Assembly: GCA_964596615.1 (NCBI GenBank)
Contig: CAZQUN010000001.1
Span: 66,786 to 130,785, forward strand
Length of the DNA stretch: 64,000 nt
Origin: an uncultured Candidatus Saccharibacteria bacterium
GTDB lineage: Bacteria; Patescibacteriota; Minisyncoccia; Portnoybacterales; UBA2143
Reading direction: 5' to 3'
In this document: in pieces, positions 49,321 to 57,120 of the stretch
How positions within the stretch are numbered: position 1 is the stretch's first letter
Layout of the letters: each line of letters begins with the position of its first letter
Notes under the pieces: generated by a model
The model's database searches: none
What the model saw: the letters and a program-made list of their open reading frames with translations, nothing else
Told to the model about the DNA's origin: nothing
Position numbers and translations under genes: made by a program

Positions 49321-49692
49321 TCAACTACCCCTGATTAATTCTATTAATTTATCTATTTCTTCCTTGGTCGGTTTTTTATTCCGAACAGTCCTAAAAAAAG
49401 CGGGTAGGTACTCAACCGCATTTTTTTGAGATAAGATATCCCGAGGAATAATGCCTTGAGCCACTTTAGCCTGATCTATAAGCTCCCCGGTTTTATTCTG
49501 GGAGAGTCCTAAAGTTTTTGCCCATTTTCGCAAGATTCTTTCATCAGACGGAGGAGAAATAATTCCTCTTTCTATTTTACTCCAATTACTTGGATCATAA
49601 TCTATTAACCGACACATCTTTCTTAGGGTTAGTCCTCTTTGAATCCTCATCTCTTTTAAGTTTTTACCAAATTTTTTAAGGTTTTTGTACAT
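49321..49692 (-). CDS. XRE-family HTH regulator
   Basis: FGKNLKEMRIQRGLTLR...PSNWSKIERG. Confidence 0.9.
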   Translation of the reverse strand: MYKNLKKFGKNLKEMRIQRGLTLRKMCRLIDYDPSNWSKIERGIISPPSDERILRKWAKTLGLSQNKTGELIDQAKVAQGIIPRDILSQKNAVEYLPAFFRTVRNKKPTKEEIDKLIELIRGS

Positions 49693-49719
49693 AATATTAG
49701 AGATAATTATTTATTCTCC

Positions 49720-49758
49720 TGTGGTATTATCCTACCACAATAATATGTTGGATGTCAA
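49720..49758 (-). promoter_or_regulatory. Promoter with a palindromic operator for the XRE-ImmA pair
   Basis: TTGACA-N18-TAGGAT; the inverted repeat TGTGGTA-N6-TACCACA (49720-49739) overlaps the -10. Confidence 0.65.
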
Positions 49759-49779
49759 ATAAACATCTGTGGATAAATT

Positions 49780-49947
49780 CTACGGTTCGTATCTGATATT
49801 ATCTCCCAAAACAACATCGGAGCTAATAAGCTGCAAGGGCTGAGCACTACCATACCGGAAAAGGATATGGTCCAATTCTCCCCGACTGCCGGTAAAGAAC
49901 TTAATATTCTTCCAGTCGCCAACCGCCGGCGTTGTGCTGACATTGTC
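49780..49947 (-). pseudogene. C-terminal remnant of a beta-helix-type surface protein
   Basis: Start-less frame DNVSTTPAVGDWKNIKFFTGSRGELDHILFRYG...RYEP*, resembling P..GDW..I.F...L.H....YG repeats. Confidence 0.6.
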
Positions 49948-49962
49948 TTTTGAATTTTATTG

Positions 49963-51453
49963 TTAAATCTGAACTATTTCGTCCATTTTCGTCTGTAAGA
50001 AATTGTTAATTATCTCGTCCCTATTTCTATCAAGAACAGCATTAAGCAAGACAATTATATCTTTGTCCGTCAAAACAAATACATAAACGCTCCTATTGAT
50101 AACAAAATCTCTACAAGTTTCCAAAGCTCTTTTTTTATTTTTGATACCCCTACACACAATATACCCGATGGTAGATTCGCGGTTATTAAATCTGCCATTC
50201 ATTTGGTCATACTCAGGGTTATTTATGTCGTGACTATAATTCTTACATTCAAACAATATCTTAGCGCAGAATAATCTGCCATAATTAGATAGCCGCGAGA
50301 AAAAACCCCTATCGCTTGAATTATGAAAAGTAATGTCTATTCTTTTTCTGCCTTGGTTTTGGGGGTCTTCCTTTTTAGGACCGCATAAGTAATTACTTGA
50401 ACTGGGGTCATTAAAAATCGTATTTAAACAATCTAGAATATGTTCGTGATAATCGTCAGCATCTTGATTTCCGGGTTTTATTTTTTGAAACATTTTTATT
50501 TTCTGAGTTATAGACTCTTGTATCTCATTTTTTCTTCTTTGCTTCTTTATAATATCTTCGTTTCCAACAGTATTTAAAGCAACCTTGCTCTTTTTGTTCT
50601 TATATTCTTTTAGTAAAGTTGGACGGTCCTTAATATAATCAAACACTAGTTCCCGTGACAGATTATACCGCCCATCTTTTTTAAGAGTCTTCTTGTATGG
50701 TTTAGCTATGCTTTTGTCTTTAAGAGTCCGACATAAAGCAGTTCTCAAATCATAATGTCTGGCTTGCTCAAACTCCAGTATTCCTTTGTTGTAAAAGTCA
50801 GCATAATTTATTGAGATATGTCTTCTTAATACCCTTTTAGGCACTAGCAACATCTTTTTACCTTCAACCACCAATAATCTTTCTTGGTTTTTCTGAAGAA
50901 AATCCCTTTTAGACTCATCCCAAAATATCTTGGTCTGAGTTTCTGCCATATCAATACCATATAAATCACATTGTTGTTGGGTATACTTAATTAAATCTAA
51001 TCTAATTATGTTCGTTACAATATCAGATACATTATCATTTCCGATATTCTCTATATGTAACGCGGTATCTTCAAGGTCGTTTAAATAACCAGACTTAACC
51101 GCCTTACTCTCTTTTAATTTACGGTAAATAGCTCTTGATTTTTTTCTGCCAATAGATTTTCCATCCTTTGTCTTGCGACCATAACCCAGTCCAGTTTCGC
51201 TAGGTTCGTGTAAATTATCTAATAAATCTAAAGCTTTATCCCTATTGCCCTTACGGATATAATTTATCAATCTTTCAAAAACAGATTGTATCTTTTGATA
51301 GCAATCCACAGAAAAATCATCATCTCCGCATCTTATAGCCCAAGGATCAATAAATAGAGGCGTATCCTTTTTGATAAAGCAATCAAAAAAATCCAAATCA
51401 TACTGGGTTTTTCCTAATTCAAAATATTCGGAAATAGTCTTTTTCATTTTCAT
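49963..51453 (-). CDS. Uncharacterised protein with a C-terminal PD-(D/E)XK nuclease motif; putative defence protein
   Basis: DTPLFIDPW, HEPSETGLGY, GNDNVSDIVTNII; RIDITF...FECKNY...Q. Confidence 0.65.
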   Translation of the reverse strand: MKMKKTISEYFELGKTQYDLDFFDCFIKKDTPLFIDPWAIRCGDDDFSVDCYQKIQSVFERLINYIRKGNRDKALDLLDNLHEPSETGLGYGRKTKDGKSIGRKKSRAIYRKLKESKAVKSGYLNDLEDTALHIENIGNDNVSDIVTNIIRLDLIKYTQQQCDLYGIDMAETQTKIFWDESKRDFLQKNQERLLVVEGKKMLLVPKRVLRRHISINYADFYNKGILEFEQARHYDLRTALCRTLKDKSIAKPYKKTLKKDGRYNLSRELVFDYIKDRPTLLKEYKNKKSKVALNTVGNEDIIKKQRRKNEIQESITQKIKMFQKIKPGNQDADDYHEHILDCLNTIFNDPSSSNYLCGPKKEDPQNQGRKRIDITFHNSSDRGFFSRLSNYGRLFCAKILFECKNYSHDINNPEYDQMNGRFNNRESTIGYIVCRGIKNKKRALETCRDFVINRSVYVFVLTDKDIIVLLNAVLDRNRDEIINNFLQTKMDEIVQI

Positions 51454-51455
51454 AA

Positions 51456-51854
51456 TCAGGGCAACGTCTCACAAGCCGACCCGTCTTTGTCTCGGTCTAG
51501 CCCGTGAACATCGTTAGATATTCCACCACAATACTCGTAGACCCCTTGGGCTTGTCTGTGGGTAGAGAAATCATCGCAGTTGTAGGCATTGTAAGAACAA
51601 GTATATTTCGGGGTTGGCTCGGGTTCTTTCTTAAAAATCTCGTCAAGCGTAGGTTTGGATTCAACTGGCTCTTGTTCTTCTTCTTTTAATTGTTCTGAAT
51701 CGGTTGGCTGTTCTAAATCAGCTGGTTGTTCTAACCTAGTATTAACCGACTGGATAATGTTTGCTTCCTGATTGTTCTTTTCATCACTACCAGAAAAAGC
51801 GATGATTAGGATAATCACCATTACTCCTCCAGCGATGTAAAGATATTTTTTCAT
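51456..51854 (-). CDS. Membrane-anchored protein with an Excalibur Ca-binding domain
   Basis: YNCDDF...AQ...LDRDKDGSACE. Confidence 0.85.
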   Translation of the reverse strand: MKKYLYIAGGVMVIILIIAFSGSDEKNNQEANIIQSVNTRLEQPADLEQPTDSEQLKEEEQEPVESKPTLDEIFKKEPEPTPKYTCSYNAYNCDDFSTHRQAQGVYEYCGGISNDVHGLDRDKDGSACETLP

Positions 51855-51860
51855 ATTTTT

Positions 51861-52454
51861 TTATTCAATATCATCAATGTTATATCCAGCCGCCAAACAA
51901 TGGTCTTTAGTCATTTGTATTAAGCCATCCCAGCTATTTAGGTTTCCATCAATGTATTGTATTTCATTTCTGTATTTGCCGTATTTTGATTTTAAAAGAT
52001 TAACCTCGCCTATAAACATAAAATAAGCATTCTCTCGAGTAGTGCGTGCTTTAATGATACTTGGACAAAGTTGCTTTGGAGAATTAAGAACAGCCCCAAG
52101 CAAAAGTTCTCCTAATTCTTCAACATCATCGGTTGCTAATTTATATTCGGTCAAAATAGTATCGTTATCCTTTTGGGGTTGTATATAGACAGGTTTTTCT
52201 ATGATTTTTTCTTGTGGTAGCTGTTGTTTAAGTGTTTCTATTTCCTGTTTTAATGCTTCTATTGTATCTTGAGTAGTCGTGCCAGATTCATCGGACGTTT
52301 CTTGTTGATTAGGTAGTATTTGAGCTTTCTGATGTTGCCAATCACTATATTTGCCAAACCCATAAGAAAAAACTAAGCCGACACCGATGACAAGTAAGCC
52401 GACTTTTAACCATTCCTTTCTTAGGAATTCTATAATTTTGTCTTTTTCTTCCAT
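51861..52454 (-). CDS. Hypothetical membrane-anchored coiled-coil protein
   Basis: N-terminal TM; IEALKQEIETLKQQ. Confidence 0.7.
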   Translation of the reverse strand: MEEKDKIIEFLRKEWLKVGLLVIGVGLVFSYGFGKYSDWQHQKAQILPNQQETSDESGTTTQDTIEALKQEIETLKQQLPQEKIIEKPVYIQPQKDNDTILTEYKLATDDVEELGELLLGAVLNSPKQLCPSIIKARTTRENAYFMFIGEVNLLKSKYGKYRNEIQYIDGNLNSWDGLIQMTKDHCLAAGYNIDDIE

Positions 52455-52539
52455 ATTTTTATTATACTGACTATTTCTATAAAATCAACCCTGACAGATA
52501 GATGGATATTCAACAGAGATTAGATAGTAATCTTTTTAA

Positions 52540-52793
52540 AAATAAAAACCCAATAGGCCGTAAACTATTGAGTAAAAAGTTCTTTTCCTAGCCAGTTGTC
52601 TAATAGTTCCCAGATAATACTTGGATTAGCATAGCACCATCATCTCCTTTGTATACTTTAATTTAGGAATCCGAGAAAATCAGGTTCTCTAGGGTTTCCG
52701 AAGATTTACATATCTCCCCATAGAAACTGCAAGGGCTTGGGGCGTGAACTAGCCGAGCCTCATTTACAGCAACTGGCTAGGAAAATAGCTAGC
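52540..52793 (-). ncRNA. Candidate ~250-nt structured ncRNA (6S-like long hairpin?)
   Basis: TTGACA-N17-TAAACT promoter (52800-52828); 16-bp closing stem 52583-52598/52770-52785; terminator 52538-52573; no long ORF. Confidence 0.6.
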
Positions 52794-52835
52794 GTATTTA
52801 GTTTAATTCTTTTATTTTATTTTGTCAAATCATCA

Positions 52836-53084
52836 TCAAGAGAACCCGATCCCATATCCTAAAAACCCGGCTAGGGCTGATTTGGAGATTTGTTTGATGC
52901 TCTTGTTATACCAAACCAGAGAAATTCCGCCCAGAAGTCCCAGCACAATAATTGCCATAAAGTGAAAAGGATATTCCAAATCCGGCAACTCGCGATAAAG
53001 TATCCATCCCCAAAGCAAACCGCCCAAACCAAATCCAATAATATTGATTAATAAATATTTTTTAAAAGATATATTCTCAAACAT
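52836..53084 (-). pseudogene. Probably truncated multi-TM protein (N-terminal part)
   Basis: AGGAGG RBS; the ORF ends in the middle of a TM helix (GFLGYGIGFS*) just before the ncRNA promoter. Confidence 0.45.
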
Positions 53085-53227
53085 AAAAATTCCTCCTTGT
53101 TTCTATTTTACCCCAAAAGCCAAACCAAACAAACAAACTTATTAACAACTCAACTATCGACATTCAATATCAATATTTTTGAAGAATAACCCTTGACGTT
53201 TATAATGCCTCGTGGTAGTATAAAGAG

Positions 53228-53380
53228 GCAACCCGCCAAAATGATACCCCAATTGGGTATCGTCTCGCGAAGTAGTGGACATCCTAGACAGCCATTATAC
53301 TGTCGCCTCCGTGCCCTAAAGATGGGATATAGCGGAGAATGGACCCACACGAAGAACGAGTGAGGCGGGTTTCTTCGTTT
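53228..53380 (+). ncRNA. Candidate multi-branched ncRNA, unit A
   Basis: TTGACG-N17-TAGTAT promoter (53193-53221); stems AACCCGCC/GGCGGGTT, GATACCC/GGGTATC, CTCG/CGAG, GTGG/CCAC, GACAG/CTGTC, CTCCG/CGGAG. Confidence 0.6.
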
Positions 53381-53672
53381 CCTAAATTGTAGTTATGGGG
53401 TTATAGGGATATGGATAAGAGATATGCCTAAAAACTCTTGACAAGTTTGTTTGTATATGATACGATATTAACAATATTAGCGGCCTGCCGAAAAAAGACG
53501 ACCCCCAGTGTCTTCGGAGTAGAGGCCAGTATTACAGGGGTGATTGGAAGGAATAAAACCGCTCCCCTTCCGAAAAATTGTACTTGAGGCGGAACCCCCC
53601 GGGCGAAATAACAGTAACTCGGGGGTTTTTTCGCTTCCCAAATTGTAGCTGTGGAGTTATAGGTATATGGAT
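53367..53672. repeat. 50-bp direct repeat (43/50 identical) at the 3' end of both ncRNA units
   Basis: 53367-53416 versus 53623-53672. Confidence 0.85.
53473..53632 (+). ncRNA. Candidate ncRNA, unit B, with tandem pseudoknots and a terminator
   Basis: TTGACA-N17-TACGAT promoter (53438-53466); two hairpins whose loops pair downstream; CCCCCGGG/CTCGGGGG + T6 terminator. Confidence 0.6.
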
Positions 53673-53739
53673 GACAATCATAGCGACCCCGAACAATTCT
53701 ATCCCAAAACCAATAATCCCCCTAAAAACTTATCCACAA

Positions 53740-53765
53740 TAAAAAAGCCGCTGGGGCGGTTTTTT
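53740..53765 (-). terminator. Terminator after the zinc-ribbon gene (possibly bidirectional)
   Basis: AAAAAAGCCGC-TGGG-GCGGTTTTTT. Confidence 0.65.
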
Positions 53766-53783
53766 ACTTACGCCACCAGCGGG

Positions 53784-53948
53784 TTAAGAATTTTGTTCCC
53801 TACTTTGAATATAATCCCATTTTATCCTGTCCTCTCGTATTTCTCTTTCCACGGGATCATTGTCTTCAATTGTCCGAGAATCGGCCCCGCATTCTGGACA
53901 GGATTCTCCCCTGCTAATCCTCCGGTAACCACATATTGGACAATCCAT
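53784..53948 (-). CDS. Small zinc-ribbon protein (54 aa), absent from the ORF track
   Basis: AGGAGG RBS; MDCPICGYRRISRGESCPECGADSRTIEDNDPVEREIREDRIKWDYIQSREQNS; upstream TTGACA-N16-TAATAT. Confidence 0.75.
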   Translation of the reverse strand: MDCPICGYRRISRGESCPECGADSRTIEDNDPVEREIREDRIKWDYIQSREQNS

Positions 53949-54093
53949 CTTATCCCTCCTTCTTTGTAAATTCGCTTTTTTTAAGAATATTATCAGAAAA
54001 CGTGCTTATGTCAAACCAAAAAGGACCCATCCGTAATGGGCCCCGCGGCTCAGAAGAAGAATTGCAACCTCCATTTGTGCCTCCTGTTGAGAT

Positions 54094-54642
54094 TTAGTTG
54101 AAAGTGCTTGCTGGGATATGTGATGAAAGAGTCATGCCGCCTGTTTTTTCCATCGTTGGTTCGGTTTCCTTTTTTTCTTTTTTTGGTCCTGCTTTTGGTT
54201 TAGATTCAGGCAAGGGTTTAACTTCGGGAATTGGCCAATGGCATCTTGAGCAGATCATGCTCGTCTTTGCAAAGGAACCGGTATCTGTTACATATCTCCC
54301 ATTGACAAGAATGATCCTCTCGAATTCTCGACTTTTACCATTAACTCCCTCTTTGAGATGTTCGTGTTGCACTAATATACCATTCCGATAAAGCGCCCCT
54401 ACCCGATGAATGCCATTTTCGCTCTTTGTATTTTTAATCATGCAAAATTCGGAGGCAACCCAACGTTTTTTGGGCGTAATTACTTGAACGATTCCTGACC
54501 AAACATGAGGCCATTTAACCAGCTTTTGCGGATCAAACTTGCCTTCCCAATCTTTCTCCTTCGGAGGCTCTTCTGCTAACGCCACCACCCCCATTAAGAA
54601 CAAGGTGGCTACAACAATCAATATGATTCTTTTCTTTTTCAT
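54094..54642 (-). CDS. Secreted hypothetical protein with a single CxxCH motif
   Basis: Start MKKKRIILIVV after GAGGTG; signal peptide ending ALA; CSRCH. Confidence 0.7.
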   Translation of the reverse strand: MKKKRIILIVVATLFLMGVVALAEEPPKEKDWEGKFDPQKLVKWPHVWSGIVQVITPKKRWVASEFCMIKNTKSENGIHRVGALYRNGILVQHEHLKEGVNGKSREFERIILVNGRYVTDTGSFAKTSMICSRCHWPIPEVKPLPESKPKAGPKKEKKETEPTMEKTGGMTLSSHIPASTFN

Positions 54643-54767
54643 CTCTTCACCTCTCTGCTTTTTAGTTTTTATGGTACTTTTCCTCTTTGTCTTTGGTATA
54701 GCGCTGGGAAGTGATTTTGTCAAGGGAAAAGCGAAACTACCGGCATCGTTAGTTAATAACCGGTAGT

Positions 54768-55397
54768 TTATTTCAATTCCTCCTCTCTTTCTTTTTTGGA
54801 TCTATAACAGTAAATATAGACCCAGATACTCAAAAAGGCAAAAATGAGTCCAGGAGCAAGCAAGTAAAACAGAACTTCAAATAAATTTTGCCTGACCTTT
54901 ATTTGCCAGAAATAGAGGTTAAGAATTTCGTACGATTGGACATAAAACCATAACCCAATACTTGTAAAATAAAAAGATGCTTTAAACTTGCCCGTCCAGT
55001 GGACTGAAACATTAATCTTTTTGCGACGGCTGAAAAGACTAATGTAGGATAGAAACGCCTCGCCGACCAGGATTAAGATAATTAGCAATCTAATCCTGTT
55101 GATACCCTGAATCCACAATTCTTTGAAAACAAAGGCGAACATAGTGACTCCAAAGAACTTGTCCCTGGCTTGGTCTAGAAATGCTCCAAACTTAGATTTG
55201 GCATTAAGGGCAAAAGCGGCAAACCCGTCAGCTAAATCAGTCAGCCAAACAAAGAGAACCAGGTAGAAAATATCGGAATTGCTGAACGAGTAGGGCCCGA
55301 ACCATAGAATAATGTTAAGGCCTATAGTCACCACTATTCCTATGCCGGTGATAAAATTAGGAACATCTTGAAGAGTGATTCTTCTCATTTCTTTCAC
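54768..55397 (-). CDS. pgsA: CDP-alcohol phosphatidyltransferase (PgsA-like)
   Basis: PNFIT; DLADGFAA...G.FLDQARDK motif; GKFKA. Confidence 0.8.
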   Translation of the reverse strand: MKEMRRITLQDVPNFITGIGIVVTIGLNIILWFGPYSFSNSDIFYLVLFVWLTDLADGFAAFALNAKSKFGAFLDQARDKFFGVTMFAFVFKELWIQGINRIRLLIILILVGEAFLSYISLFSRRKKINVSVHWTGKFKASFYFTSIGLWFYVQSYEILNLYFWQIKVRQNLFEVLFYLLAPGLIFAFLSIWVYIYCYRSKKEREEELK

Positions 55398-55485
55398 CTC
55401 CTCCTGTGATAAATTTTCAAAAGAACCTAATATACATAAAGGGCCAAAATCGGCCCTCCGGTTAAACTAATGACTTGCGAAATTA

Positions 55486-56232
55486 TTAATTGATAATGAT
55501 GAATTCTTTGATTATGCCGGACGGAATTGTTTTAGTCAATCCTCTTGAGCTAACCAGGTTAAGACCAATAACTTCTCCTTTAATATTAATTAAAGGACTG
55601 CCGTTAGCCAAAGTATCTTCTTCAATTAAATTAAGTTTCAGAGTTGAATCGCTGATGCTTCTAATAGTTCCCAAACTGATAAATCTGTTTAATTCATTTT
55701 TTTCCAGTTTGATTCCGGCTAAGACAACTCTTTGTCCAAGACGAAGGTCTCCTGGTTCAACCAATGAAACAACCGGCAAATTATCCTGGTCTATCTTAAG
55801 AAGAACCAGATTATTCTCTAAATCTCTTTTAATCACCTGGGCAGAAAGATAATCTCCGTTTTTAATAATCCAGTAATTATTTGTCCTTGAAGAAATTAAA
55901 TCAGCGGCGGTAATAATTAAGCCGTCGCTTGTGATAATAAAGCCGGTCCCCTGATTAATCAGAGTCTTATTCTGATAAGATTGAACCGCAACTAGACGAG
56001 GACTAATCCTTTCAATTGCCTCTTCCAAAGCGGTATTTTCAGTAATAATAATTTCCTCAGTCGGATTGATAATGGTCGTCCCATTGCCAGCATGACGGAA
56101 AAATTCAATCTTTGAAAAAGGCGGAATAGTTGCTAAATAGGGCAGGAGGAGATTATCAGCCAAAACGCCTCCCAGGCCTCCAATAACCAGAATCAAAAAA
56201 ATGTTTATGGTCTTATCTTTTAATTTAGACAT
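55486..56232 (-). CDS. Trypsin-like (S1C/HtrA) protein, catalytically degenerate
   Basis: GTGFIITSDGLIIT, GSPLINIKGEVIG; no PDZ domain. Confidence 0.8.
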   Translation of the reverse strand: MSKLKDKTINIFLILVIGGLGGVLADNLLLPYLATIPPFSKIEFFRHAGNGTTIINPTEEIIITENTALEEAIERISPRLVAVQSYQNKTLINQGTGFIITSDGLIITAADLISSRTNNYWIIKNGDYLSAQVIKRDLENNLVLLKIDQDNLPVVSLVEPGDLRLGQRVVLAGIKLEKNELNRFISLGTIRSISDSTLKLNLIEEDTLANGSPLINIKGEVIGLNLVSSRGLTKTIPSGIIKEFIIIN

Positions 56233-56272
56233 AGGGTTTGATTATGGCCGCTTAAATGATAAATGTCAATAT

Positions 56273-56623
56273 TTACCAGGTCACCTCGATTTTCCGGCTG
56301 GCTCCTTGGAATTGGCCAATAGATGTAATTGTATCCGACCCATTATAGGTCGTTGTATAGATGGCATCAGCGCTGAAATCAAGAGCAACATCGGTATAGG
56401 GGCAACTACCAGCTCCGTTTTGCCTGACTTCGTAAAGGCATTTTTCCGCCCCGGCATCGGCAGTATAAAAAGCAATAACTGACTTTCCTGCCTGGCGGGA
56501 GGCCTCAATTTGCTGGATTGCTAAAGCGCCGACTCCGAATCCAATGGCCGTAATTGCGCTTAGAATTAAAAGAGTCAGAATGATTGCTACAGCTCCTTGT
56601 TGATTGATATTTTTTGTTCTCAT
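56273..56623 (-). CDS. PilX-like minor pilin
   Basis: QQG|AVAIIL; AFYTADAGAE; SIG...RKIEV. Confidence 0.8.
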   Translation of the reverse strand: MRTKNINQQGAVAIILTLLILSAITAIGFGVGALAIQQIEASRQAGKSVIAFYTADAGAEKCLYEVRQNGAGSCPYTDVALDFSADAIYTTTYNGSDTITSIGQFQGASRKIEVTW

Positions 56624-57120
56624 TAATATATTCTCGGAGCGATAGTGTTTTGGAGATTAATTACCGTTGCTTCTTCGGGCCTGTTGCCGCTTGTTTCGAT
56701 CTTCATAACAATGGTAACTACTTTTCTGGCCGGAGCAGACGGGAAGGTGTAAGCCTGAACATAGAAACTACCCGTTATCTCAACATTACTCGGACTGGTG
56801 ACCTGGCCGTTTCTCAAAAGTTTTTTATTAGTATTATCAAATTGGTAATCAAAGGTCTGGCTATCGGCATTGGTAATATTAAGCGTTGTCAAACCACTGC
56901 CAGCGCCAGTATTAATTGCGCTTGTTCTTAATTCTTTAAACATCGTTTCCGAAAGAAAACGACCGGCTTCCTGGGCATTTTGAATAGCAAATGCCTTTCG
57001 CTGGCCCTTGATAACGGTAGAAGCGATATTACCAACAGTAATGATGATTATACCAAAAGCAGCCATTGCGACAAGCAATTCAACAAGAGTAAATCCTTTG
57101 TTTTTTACTTCCAGTTCCAT
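56623..57120 (-). CDS. PilW-like prepilin
   Basis: KG|FTLVELLVAM class III signal. Confidence 0.85.
   Translation of the reverse strand: MELEVKNKGFTLVELLVAMAAFGIIIITVGNIASTVIKGQRKAFAIQNAQEAGRFLSETMFKELRTSAINTGAGSGLTTLNITNADSQTFDYQFDNTNKKLLRNGQVTSPSNVEITGSFYVQAYTFPSAPARKVVTIVMKIETSGNRPEEATVINLQNTIAPRIY

Noticed and set aside
49755-49943. 62-aa ORF MSAQRRR...
   Set aside because: Another frame of the same DNA gives a recognisable beta-helix remnant, and this ORF runs into the XRE promoter.
52583-52785. Retron msr-msd or IS/MITE interpretation of the 16-bp inverted repeat
   Set aside because: No reverse transcriptase or transposase in the window and no evident target duplication; the promoter and terminator fit a standalone RNA better. 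Not fully excluded.
46809-53100. Prophage or ICE integrated at the tRNAs
   Set aside because: No integrase or phage genes, and no duplicated tRNA 3' end seen.
53228-53632. Known RNAs (SRP, RNase P, tmRNA, glmS, T-box, cobalamin or lysine riboswitch)
   Set aside because: I could not find their signature sequences by eye; an Rfam search is needed to exclude them formally.
53367-53672. CRISPR array interpretation of the 50-bp repeat
   Set aside because: Only two imperfect copies with ~206 bp between them, and no cas genes in the window.
53150-53969. ORFs 53150-53350 (-) and 53667-53969 (+)
   Set aside because: No protein-like features; they overlap the ncRNA candidate, a terminator and the better-supported zinc-ribbon gene.
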